From Eledone cirrhosa (Eukaryota), in NCBI GenBank assembly GCA_964016885.1, contig OZ024740.1:70990001-71054000 (forward strand): 64,000 nt of DNA. Reading direction: 5' to 3'. A model generated the notes under the pieces. It had not been told where the DNA came from. It did no database searches and worked only from the letters and a program-made list of their open reading frames with translations. This document shows, piece after piece, positions 12,777 to 27,049 of this stretch. Position 1 is the stretch's first letter. Each line of letters starts with the position of its first letter. The position numbers and the translations under genes were made by a program.

Positions 12777-12930
12777 GTGGGGCCCATGGCACGTGCCATG
12801 CTTGCTATACCTTTATGTGGGGCACATGGCACGTGCTATGCCTGCCATACCTTAATGTGGAGCCCATGGCACGTGGCATGCTTGCTATACCTTCATGTGG
12901 GGCCCATGGCACGTGGCATGCTTGCTATAC
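12777..12930. repeat. 40-bp minisatellite, ~3.9 copies
   Basis: Unit GTGGGGCCCATGGCACGTGCCATGCTTGCTATACCTTTAT starts at 12777, 12817, 12857 and 12897. Confidence 0.9.
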
Positions 12931-13115
12931 ACTAGTTACGCCTATGGATCCCAAACTGCCGGAAAGGTCTATATGGGATCTAAATTCCACAGCAAAACTA
13001 AATACACATTGATATTAGACCGTATATCAATGTCATGACCCGTGCTGTACTGGGACTTTAGTAATTTATGTCAGAATGTAATGAAGTTTCTCATAAATAT
13101 TAGCAAATATATGAG

Positions 13116-13195
<80 letters not shown>

Positions 13196-13252
13196 TAGTC
13201 CAGAATTAGCCGTCGAAACGGCTTGAGCTCAGCCGTCGGGGTCCTACTCGTT

Positions 13253-13287
<35 letters not shown>

Positions 13288-13940
13288 GTTTGTGTGTGTG
13301 TACATATATATATGTTTGTGTGCGTGTGTATGTGTGTACATATGTGTACGTGCGTATGTGTTTACGTGCGTGTTTGTGTGTAAGTTTTTGGATGTGTGTG
13401 TGTGTGTGTGTGTTTTCATCTGCGTGGTTGTTTGTTTTTATTAAACTATTTCTGGGGTATGTAGCATGAAATTTGTGAAGAATTTATATCAGGGCTGAAA
13501 TAGGTAGACATATGGTAATTTCATTAATGGCATTCACCGTATGTATAAATGATAATTTGGGCGGTTGATATTTTGCCAGAATAAACACTTAGCCGTCGGA
13601 ATTTCCTACTTGACAAGTCAACCACGTATACAGTCAGTGAATCAGACTTTGTGTCTAGAACTGACCTAAAATAAGAGGAAACGTTTATATCTCCCAAAAT
13701 ATTAGGAAAACCTGTCCAGCAAATAAATAAGCTGGTTGTTGGTTATTTGGAATTGTCACAATAATTAGTTGGCCAGTAGGGTTGGCATGTGTCGGTACGA
13801 ACTAGATAGGAAAATATATGCAAAAAAGGGGAGGAGAAAAATCTTCTCATCACTCGATGGTCAGTTTCTAATTGTTACAGAAAACCAACAACAACCACTT
13901 CTTTTTAAGGGTTTAAATCACACAACAAATGGTTAATTAT

Positions 13941-14005
<65 letters not shown>

Positions 14006-14011
<6 letters not shown>

Positions 14012-14476
14012 ATACTTTGGGAGGGTCATGTTTCCAATAAGAAACACACGCACCAGTTGCTTTCACTTCAATTTATTATAATAAATTTATAAATTTAGGA
14101 ATTTATAAATTTCTGGTTGGTTGGTTCCACAACCAGATAGTTGTTTATATATTGTCAAAGTTCTTTCGTCACACATTCTGTGACCTCTTCAGTGACTGGG
14201 GATTCTTTTCTTTCCTTTTTCTCCAGTCACTGAAGAGGTCACAGAATGTGTGACGAAAGAACTTTGACAATATATAAACAACTATATGGTTGTGGAACCA
14301 ACCAACCAACCAGAAATTTATAAATTCCTAAATTTATAACTTTATTATAATAAATTGAAGTGAAAGCAACTGGTGCGTGTGTTTCTTATTGGCAACATGA
14401 CCCTCCCAAAGTATAACAATATTGGTTTCAACACACGTTTTCAGATAAAGAATCTTGCTAAACAAATTCAGAAACG
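14006..14476. mobile_element. Palindromic PLE mini-element (two inverted family-A pLTRs) inside (TA)n
   Basis: 14006-14198 is the reverse complement of 14223-14420. HHRs at 14154-14196 (-) and 14226-14268 (+). Same pLTR as the element at 46757-50865. Confidence 0.88.
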
Positions 14477-14679
14477 ATATATATATATATATATATATAT
14501 ATATGACAAGTAAGTATGTTTTGAAACAGTGAGCAGGTTTGAAATTAGAAAATAGAATAGCTTTCACCGTATTTTTTTTTACTAAAGAAATTTTAGTCTG
14601 ATAATGGGGTTTAGAACCCTCAGATAAATAGAAAAAGATGAGTATTGATGTACATATATATATATATATACATATATTT

Positions 14680-15333
14680 ATTTAGGTTAGTTGGTTCGCC
14701 ACTGGATAGAACTGGTCATTCCGTATGGTCAATCTCGATGTAATATTATGGAGAGTACTCAACGTAATGCAACTCACCCGTCTTCGTTTGTGTAGTTGGT
14801 GGTGCGAGTACGGAGTTAATTATTATAAAATAACAGGAGGCTGGATTTGTGTAAATCCTTGAAAGGTTTATTATACTATGATCACTTCAATGACTGGGTT
14901 CAGTATGAATCCGGTGATATCATCAGGTATTCGAAATATAACAAAGGAATATAACAGATAAAATCCATGGAGCTGAAAATCAGAGACAAGAGGACGACCG
15001 ATTCTTTAGCAGCTTCTACCTCAGTCGGCCGCCCTCGAGTGTTGACTATTAAGTCTACTTATGACCATCTGGTGAGGGGGCGTAAGCTTATAATGTAGAC
15101 TTAATAGTCAACACTCGAGGGCGACCGACTGAGGTAGAAGCTGCTAAAGAATCAGTCGTCCTCTTGTCTCTGATTTTCAGCCCCATGGATTTTATCTATT
15201 ATATTCCTTTGTTATATTTCGAATACCTGATGATATGACCGGATTCATACTGAACCCAGTCATTCAGTCATTGAAATGATCATAGTATAATAAACCTTTC
15301 AAGGATTTACACCAGTCCAGCCTCCTGTTATTT

Positions 15334-15340
<7 letters not shown>
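14680..15340. mobile_element. Palindromic PLE-type mini-element (family C) with HHRs in both arms
   Basis: 14822-15058 is inverted at 15095-15340. CTGATGA...GAAATGATCATAGTAT in the right arm, a mutated copy in the left arm. The left arm extends ~140 bp further. (TA)n on both sides. Confidence 0.8.
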
Positions 15341-15389
<49 letters not shown>

Positions 15390-15393
<4 letters not shown>

Positions 15394-18060
15394 ATATTAA
15401 TAATTATATTTATAAAACCATAATTATTTTATTATATATATTTCAAGGGCAACCAAGGCAGTCTTGGTGCGCTTTCATCAGATAAAATACAAAATTTGTT
15501 TTATAAATAGTGACATAGCCGTGGAAAACAACCTTGACGGTTGAAAATTCGCTGGATAGTGAAACATTTTATTGGGGGTAATTCAAAGTGCTGTGTGAAT
15601 ATGCAAATGAATGTCCGAAAAATTGAAAAAAACAACCGTTTATTTAAATTACGCTTTGGGAAGAAGAGAGAAAAAGAAAAGAAAATATTAGTATATGTAG
15701 AAGTAGAGTGAAGAAATAAAGTGAAGAAAGAGCGAAGAAAGAAGCTTATCCGAGGATGAGTTCGTATAACGTAAATACGTCTTATGTTTATGTTACATAT
15801 TTATGTTACGTATATTTACTAATAATTGTTAGAATTCTATTATAATAAATATTTATTTACTATTATAAGTATATAGAAAATTAGATATATAGAAAAAATA
15901 AAGATATATTAAAAATTAAAAATAAAAATAAAGATATATTAAAATATATCAAGTTATATTAAAATATATTAAAAATAGATTTAAATAAATATGAAGTAGA
16001 AGCATAGGATAAAATGTAGATATAAGGATAGATATATGAGTGGATAGATGGGTATATCATGTTATAAGTGATAAATTATGTGGGATACTAGTTTATATTT
16101 AGTGTAAGTATTTAAATTAAATTAAATTAAATTAAATTAACTGAGTCAATAAGATTACTTATATGTTTTAATGTTTTACATTGGAAAAATATTGAAAATC
16201 CCAGTTTTGTTTATTTATTAGTTATTATGAGATAATTTTGACAAAGATATGTTTAAAGATATATTTAGCCAGAGTTAGTTATCTAATATTAAATAATTAC
16301 AAAAAATTTAAAAAAATTTAAAAATTTATTAAAAGTATAAGAAAATACTAAAACCATTTAAAAATTAAGACTATAAAATATTAACAATTCTAGACAAAAT
16401 TCTTGAAAATTCCTGGAAAAACTTTCCAAGAGATTTTTAAAAAGTCTCAAAAAGACTCCGAAGATACTCAAAAACCTTTTAAAAACATTTAAAAAGTGTT
16501 TAAAATTAATTAAAAACCTAAAATTATTCAGGAAATATAATTAAAAACCTAAAATTATTCAAAAATATAAAGAAATATTAAGAAATATTTAAAAATTCTT
16601 TAAAATATTTTAAAATATTTTAAAATATTTTAAAATATTAGAAAAATACTAAAAATACTAAAAAACCTAGTTTTTTTGGAAATAAGTAATTTTTTTTTTA
16701 TTTTAAGTAAGTTTTCTAAAAAGATTATGAGATATTTTGGAAGTAAGATAAATAAAGATAAAAAATAAAGATATTTAAGAAGTAAAAATATTAAAAAGTA
16801 AAAATTTAAGAAGTAAAATATATATATTTAAGAAGTAAAAGATATTAAAATTAGAATTACATTAAATATAAATTTAAAGATTTAGAATTTATGAACATAT
16901 ATGCATATAATTTAAGAAATGAGATTATAGGTGTTTGGATAAAGTAAACATTATGTAGAGAAGAGTTAACGTGTAATTATATTTTCTATATAGATCTAAA
17001 AGTTGAGTTTTGGCGATGTTTATAAGAACTAAATAAATTGTTACGTCAATTAATGGAGTTCTTACATTTAAGTATGAAGAAAATTTCTTCAACACACAAA
17101 TTGCAAAATTTGGATAAAGCTGTGTTTTTGTAGCAAGTGCTTTTGAAATTATATTCCAAGATAAAGAATAGTCTATATTTTTTGATTTTAAGTTCCATAT
17201 CAAGTTGGATAGAGAAGTTGAAGATTTTTTACCAATATTATTAAACGAGCATTTATGATTATTGAAACGAGATTTAAAATCTGTAGAAGTTGAGCCAACA
17301 TAGTTAAAAGTATTATCATTGGTTTTGACATGGCATTTATAGACCACATTTTTAACTAAACAGTTATTTTTTAAAGGACAGTTAGATTTAATTCTACAAT
17401 TACATTTATCAGAGTTTATATTATTCGGAACAGTATTATTATATTGGATATCGGATATAACTCAGAATGGCAAGAGTTACGGCCCTTGCCATTCTGAGTT
17501 CAAATCCCGCCGAGGTTAACTTTGCCTTCCATCTTTACGGGGGTCGATAAAATAAAGTACCAGTAATACACTGGGCAATTGCTGGCCTTGTGCCAAAAGT
17601 AGAAACAATTATTATATTGGATATTGCTAGAGGTATTAGTGCTATTCTGGTTAAGGTTTAGATTTTTATTATTGATTCTATTTATATTTTGTGCTAGGTT
17701 CATAGTAGTAGAGTAAGATAGTTTAATTGTATGTCTGTTAAAGATTGAATAATATCTATGGGCCTTGGGAAAACATTTATCAAGAGCTTTAAAAAATAGT
17801 TTAGCTAAAGGTGTTTTAATACTTGGTGAAAATGGAGGAGCATACCAGATTATGTTTCTAGTTCTATTTCTTCTGTTAGTTTTAGAGTTTATGCTAGGTT
17901 TCTTATTATAATTATAATTAATATTATGGTTAATATTATGGTTAATTGCCTTGTCGTTATTGTCGATGTATTTGATTTCATTATTATAGCCTGCTCTACT
18001 TAAAGCTTCGTTATAATATTGTGCCTTATCTTCAAATATATTTTTATTCGCTGAAATTCG
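15390..18060 (-). mobile_element. 5'-truncated Penelope-like element (Naiad-like): RT thumb, GIY-YIG, long AT-rich 3' region, HHR
   Basis: - strand peptides YYNEALSRAGY, RNIIWYAPPFS, FNRHTIKLSYS, CNC-x5-CPL-x3-C and VVYKC...YVGST...FKSRFNNH. HHR at 15427-15487 (TTTTAT-CTGATGA...GAAA-TATATA-TA-ATAAAA). Clade assignment is an inference. Confidence 0.85.
17452..17607 (+). mobile_element. SINE inserted into the PLE ORF, 17-bp TSD
   Basis: SINE core; ATTATTATATTGGATAT duplicated at 17435-17451 and 17608-17624. Confidence 0.85.
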
Positions 18061-18257
18061 ATATATATATATATTGGTCGTTTCTATGGCTGTGCGGATA
18101 ATGGTTTAACCATCGTCTCAGTGTGTTTGGCCTTTTAACTTATGTTGTTGCTTTAGTTCACTAACTTCTATGGAGCGTTCGCCACACATCTCGGAAGTTG
18201 TTTTCCGCTAATTTCCAATAACCGAAATACGATTCTCGCTAATTTATATATATATAT

Positions 18258-18380
18258 TGGTGAAGGCGCGTGGCTGAGTGGTTAGAGAATTGGATTCACA
18301 ATCGTGAGTTCGATTCCCGAACGAGGCGATGCGTTATATTCTTGAGCAAGACACTTTATTTCACGTTGCTCCTTCTACCT
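18258..18380 (+). mobile_element. SINE 5' part (second family) with tRNA-like head
   Basis: A-box-like TGGCTGAGTGG and B-box-like GAGTTCGATTCC, followed by TTGAGCAAGACACTT. Confidence 0.6.
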
Positions 18381-18470
18381 GGAGTTGCGACCGATAGATA
18401 GTATTAGCAATTGGAAAGACCAATGGAAACATTGTTTCCTCGGTCCGATTTGTCGAAAGTCAATCGACTG

Positions 18471-18518
<48 letters not shown>

Positions 18519-18519
18519 T

Positions 18520-18760
18520 AGCAATTTTAAGACAACTTAATCAATGAAACAATTGTTAATACTGTAAATAAAACCCTTCTTGTACTGTTGACCATGTATT
18601 CTTCACTCTTTCACTATTACTACTCCAAGATTAACTTACATAGTAATTCCCGAGAACTCATAAACTCGCTACATAAGGAAACCTCTTGTTGAGTCAAACA
18701 ACGCCGTACGCTTAAACTATCCAAAATACGGAGTATTCACAACCTCTAACTGGATTACCT
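18520..18760 (+). mobile_element. PLE pLTR-like fragment (family D)
   Basis: Diverged reverse-complement copy at 45320-45510; half-HHR GAAACAATTGT; sits between (TA)n runs. Confidence 0.55.
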
Positions 18761-18776
18761 CTATATATATATATAT

Positions 18777-18830
<54 letters not shown>

Positions 18831-18847
18831 CTATATATATATATATA

Positions 18848-18924
<77 letters not shown>

Positions 18925-19592
18925 GACGTAAAATAAGAAAATTATAAAAATTAACTTACTTACTAAAATTTCACTCCAACTAATTAGTTTCTGAAAGGGA
19001 ATAAACATAGTTTCCGAAGAAACGTACGGAGAAGCCTTTCGTCATCAGTGAAGTCTATTCTCAGCTAAGTTTCCAGGCAATGCGTGGACACAGGGAACTT
19101 ATACAAAAATAATTCAGTGGATGGAAAAAAGCAAAGCGTGGACTAAGTTCCAAGCCATTGAAAAAATTTTATAATTTTCTTATTTTACGTCTTTCATATT
19201 ATTGTTCTGCATCCCCATGCATTGAACCACAAAGTTACTAAGACAAAACCTATATATTTGCTGGCATAGGTATGCATCTGTATATATATGTTAGCAGATA
19301 TACTAATTCTTTATATATATATAACGAAGGTAAGGATCCAGATGGACCATAACGCATCAGGCAAGATCACAATATGGAACTATTGTGATCTTGCCTGATG
19401 GTTTGAACTTTACAACACCACCTGCCTCTTTGAGGTCAAATACCAACCTTACTAGCATCTACAAACTGACCAATGAGAATTAAGATTATTCCTGCTGACA
19501 ACATTAAATTATCCCTAACAAGCTCCTATGTCCCAAGGCTCTGATACAATCAACACCATAAACACAGAGCTGGCATATCTAAGAACTGACTA

Positions 19593-19648
19593 ACTGCCGG
19601 ATGAGGTCATAGCCACTCAATGGCTATCACCGAAATATATATAGCAGT
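19593..19648 (+). ncRNA. Type I hammerhead motif with a mutated core
   Basis: ACTGC-CGGATGAG-stem II (ATAGCCA/TGGCTAT)-CGAAA-TATATA-TA-GCAGT; the CUGA core reads CGGA. Confidence 0.6.
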
Positions 19649-20087
19649 AAAAAAAGGATTATGAGTTCATGCAAATGACTTATGTTTCGTCACTATTATA
19701 ACTCCGGAACTTATATCTTCGTTGAGTGATCCATATCCGCATACTGAAGAACTGGATTTTACCAACACTTGCTTGCTTATATCCATATATATATATTTAT
19801 AAATATATAAATATATATATATATATACACACACACATATATATACACACACACACACACACATATATATATAGTAATAAGAATATTTATATATGTTTGA
19901 TATAACTATAAATAGTACTAAGTACTAGCCGGTTACCGGTATGACAAAAGGCTCAATGCAAATTTTCAAGTGTTTTACAGAGCCGAGATACAAAGTGTTA
20001 AAACGATCAAATTTTAGTTTAGAACATTTATTAGCTGACAATTGTTTCTTCCAGAGGGAATATATATATATTGATATATATATATAT

Positions 20088-20195
<108 letters not shown>

Positions 20196-20274
20196 ATATA
20201 TATATATATATATATATATTGATATATATATATATATATATTGATATATATATATTGATATATATATATATATA

Positions 20275-20710
20275 TTGTTATATTTGGGGAGGGTCATATT
20301 TGCGTAATATTGCCAGAATTAATAACAGAACACACTCACTGTTTGGTTGGTTTTCGCTTCTCGCTGTCTTTTATATATATATATCTGCGATCTAACTTAC
20401 TCGGTCCTCAATGTTGCCATTGACTGACCGGCGGTCAAAAATAATACAGATACAATATAGACAAACACATATATATATAGTTTACATAAATCTTTCGTTG
20501 CACATCTGCAACATCGTCAGTGGTGTTATATTCATTGTTCCTCCTGTTGTGTTGTATGTCTACGCCATTTTTTTTTTTTTTTGTTCAGTCTGTCTATATA
20601 TTTATTTATTTATTTGCTTGTTTGTTTATCTTATTTTATTTTGTCTTCTTTGCGCATGCGTTTGCGTGTGTGCATATAAAAAACCTCGCAAAACTAATTC
20701 ATCGCCGCTA
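20275..20710 (-). mobile_element. PLE pLTR, sister family A2, with HHR (~20483-20523) and short inverted tail
   Basis: - strand ends with the MTLPKYNN start followed by (AT)n. HHR core CTGACGAT-GTTGCA/TGCAAC-GAAA. + strand tail encodes [12 protein letters not shown], homologous to [12 protein letters not shown] of family A. Confidence 0.75.
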
Positions 20711-20850
20711 TATATATATTGATATATATATATATATATATTGATATATATATATATATATATATATATTGATATATATATATTGATATATATATATTGA
20801 TATATATTGATATATATTGATATATATATATTGATATATATATTGATATA

Positions 20851-23567
<2,717 letters not shown>

Positions 23568-23571
23568 TTAC

Positions 23572-23605
<34 letters not shown>

Positions 23606-23653
23606 TTACATATATATATATATACATATATATATATACATATATATATATAC

Positions 23654-23684
<31 letters not shown>

Positions 23685-23747
23685 CATATATATCATTTCA
23701 TTCATCATTTCATTTTACAATTCTCCAGAGAAGCCGGAAGATGGGTA

Positions 23748-23792
23748 AATATTGCTGATGAGATGTAATAACATCGAAACTAGTCCAATATT
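23748..23792 (+). ncRNA. Type I hammerhead ribozyme, copy 1
   Basis: AATATTG-CTGATGA-GATGT/AATA/ACATC-GAAA-CTAG-TC-CAATATT: complete core, GUC triplet, palindromic stem III. Confidence 0.9.
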
Positions 23793-24215
23793 CCTGTCTG
23801 GCCCTCTGGAGAATAGAGGAAATGTGTTTCCTTGAAAACTCGTATGACTCTAAAACCCGGTCCGTCTGTGTGGTTACATACAGACTAGCTGACACTCACT
23901 GTAAAGTGTCTAGTGAAAACTGAGTACATGTACATATGTATACATGTGTGTATTTATATGCATACTAATACTTCCGTATACATATGTAGATGTACACTTT
24001 AACTTAATTGTTTAAGCGTCAGTCATACAAAAGTGAGTTAGAAGCCAAACGAAATTTAATTTCGTTTCGTTATTTGTTTTTATCGTTTCCGCTGAACCGG
24101 TGCGTACAATGACTCACGTTCTATGCAAATTAGTCTACCCACTACTAATTTTCATAGAAAAAGCATATAACGATATGTGCTTTTACAATTCTCCAGAGAA
24201 GCCGGAAGATGGGTA

Positions 24216-24260
24216 AATATTGCTGATGAGATGTAATAACATCGAAACTAGTCCAATATT
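24216..24260 (+). ncRNA. Type I hammerhead ribozyme, copy 2
   Basis: Identical to copy 1. Confidence 0.9.
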
Positions 24261-24684
24261 CCTGTCTGGCCCTCTGGAGAATAGAGGAAATGTGTTTCCT
24301 TGAAAACTCGTATGACTCTAAAACCCGGTCCGTCTGTGTGGTTACATACGGTCTAGCTGACACTCACTGTAAAGTGTCTAGTGAAAAACTGAGTACATGT
24401 ACATATGTATACATGTGTGTATTTATATGCATACTAATACTTCCGTATACATATGTAGATGTACACTTTAACTTAATTGTTTAAGCGTCAGTCATACAAA
24501 AGTGAGTTAGAAGCGAAACGAAATTTAATTTCGTTTCGTTATTTGTTTTTATCGTTTCCGCTGAACCGGTGCGTACAATGACTCACGTTCTATGCAAATT
24601 AGTCTACCCACTACTAATTTTCATAGAAAAAGCATATAACGATATGTGCTTTTACAATTCTCCAGAGAAGCCGGAAGATGGGTA

Positions 24685-24729
24685 AATATTGCTGATGAGA
24701 TGTAATAACATCGAAACTAGTCCAATATT
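24685..24729 (+). ncRNA. Type I hammerhead ribozyme, copy 3
   Basis: Identical to copy 1. Confidence 0.9.
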
Positions 24730-25152
24730 CCTGTCTGGCCCTCTGGAGAATAGAGGAAATGTGTTTCCTTGAAAACTCGTATGACTCTAAAACCCGGTCC
24801 GTCTGTGTGGTTACATACAGACTAGCTGACACTCACTGTAAAGTGTCTAGTGAAAACTGAGTACATGTACATATGTATACATGTGTGTATTTATATGCAT
24901 ACTAATACTTCCGTATACATATGTAGATGTACACTTTAACTTAATTGTTTAAGCGTCAGTCATACAAAAGTGAGTTAGAAGCCAAACGAAATTTAATTTC
25001 GTTTCGTTATTTGTTTTTATCGTTTCCGCTGAACCGGTGCGTACAATGACTCACGTTCTATGCAAATTAGTCTACCCACTACTAATTTTCATAGAAAAAG
25101 CATATAACGATATGTGCTTTTACAATTCTCCAGAGAAGCCGGAAGATGGGTA

Positions 25153-25197
25153 AATATTGCTGATGAGATGTAATAACATCGAAACTAGTCCAATATT
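25153..25197 (+). ncRNA. Type I hammerhead ribozyme, copy 4
   Basis: Identical to copy 1. Confidence 0.9.
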
Positions 25198-25621
25198 CCT
25201 GTCTGGCCCTCTGGAGAATAGAGGAAATGTGTTTCCTTGAAAACTCGTATGACTCTAAAACCCGGTCCGTCTGTGTGGTTACATACGGTCTAGCTGACAC
25301 TCACTGTAAAGTGTCTAGTGAAAAACTGAGTACATGTACATATGTATACATGTGTGTATTTATATGCATACTAATACTTCCGTATACATATGTAGATGTA
25401 CACTTTAACTTAATTGTTTAAGCGTCAGTCATACAAAAGTGAGTTAGAAGCCAAACGAAATTTAATTTCGTTTCGTTATTTGTTTTTATCGTTTCCGCTG
25501 AACCGGTGCGTACAATGACTCACGTTCTATGCAAATTAGTCTACCCACTACTAATTTTCATAGAAAAAGCATATAACGATATGTGCTTTTACAATTCTCC
25601 AGAGAAGCCGGAAGATGGGTA

Positions 25622-25666
25622 AATATTGCTGATGAGATGTAATAACATCGAAACTAGTCCAATATT
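25622..25666 (+). ncRNA. Type I hammerhead ribozyme, copy 5
   Basis: Identical to copy 1. Confidence 0.9.
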
Positions 25667-25881
25667 CCTGTCTGGCCCTCTGGAGAATAGAGGAAATGTG
25701 TTTCCTTGAAAACTCGTATGACTCTAAAACCCGGTCCGTCTGTGTGGTTACATACGGTCTAGCTGACACTCACTGTAAAGTGTCTAGTGAAAAACTGAGT
25801 ACATGTACATATGTATACATGTGTGTATTTATATGCATACTAATACTTCCGTATACATATGTAGATGTACACTTTAACTTA

Positions 25882-25977
<96 letters not shown>

Positions 25978-26288
25978 AATCTACCAAAATATACGGTAGT
26001 GTCCAATCCTTATGAAGAACTCAATGTAATCCAAATATGAAAAAAGAAGATGTATTCAAAAATGTTTCGATGAAAATCTGAAGACAGCATATATATGTGT
26101 AGGTATGTATATTCCCTCTTATAGTTTGTAAAATTTTTACATAGATATATATGATATACAAACCAACACACACATATATATCTTAGAAACGATCGTAAAA
26201 TCATGAATTTTTTCATATAAGGTACTGTTTTATTGTTTTGTTTTAATATAAGGAACTGTTTCTTTGTTTTTATTCATTGTTTTTATTA

Positions 26289-26964
<676 letters not shown>

Positions 26965-27049
26965 TATATTAATATTATAATGCTCAGTATTTATACTTTG
27001 GGCTTGTTAATTGCAGGGTATCAATATGAGTTAATAACTCTATATTTTA

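Larger units (their letters stand above)
23713..25885 (+). repeat. Tandem array of 468/469-bp HHR-containing units (~4.6 copies), candidate non-LTR retrozyme
   Basis: Near-identical units with HHRs starting at 23748, 24216, 24685, 25153 and 25622. (TA)n on both flanks. No credible protein. Confidence 0.92.

Noticed and set aside
12777-12930. CRISPR-like array of palindromic repeats
   Set aside because: Units are contiguous with no unique spacers, no cas genes, and the context is eukaryotic.
18258-18330. tRNA gene; same for other A/B-box heads
   Set aside because: No full cloverleaf, and it continues into SINE body sequence.
18975-19055. Hammerhead on the - strand (CTGATGA...GAAACTA)
   Set aside because: Stem I closure is mismatched and stem II is irregular; at most a decayed motif.
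23710-25769. Repeated 61-72 aa ORFs in the array as a peptide gene family
   Set aside because: Non-ATG starts, antisense to the ribozyme and no recognisable motif; repetition simply follows the DNA repeat.
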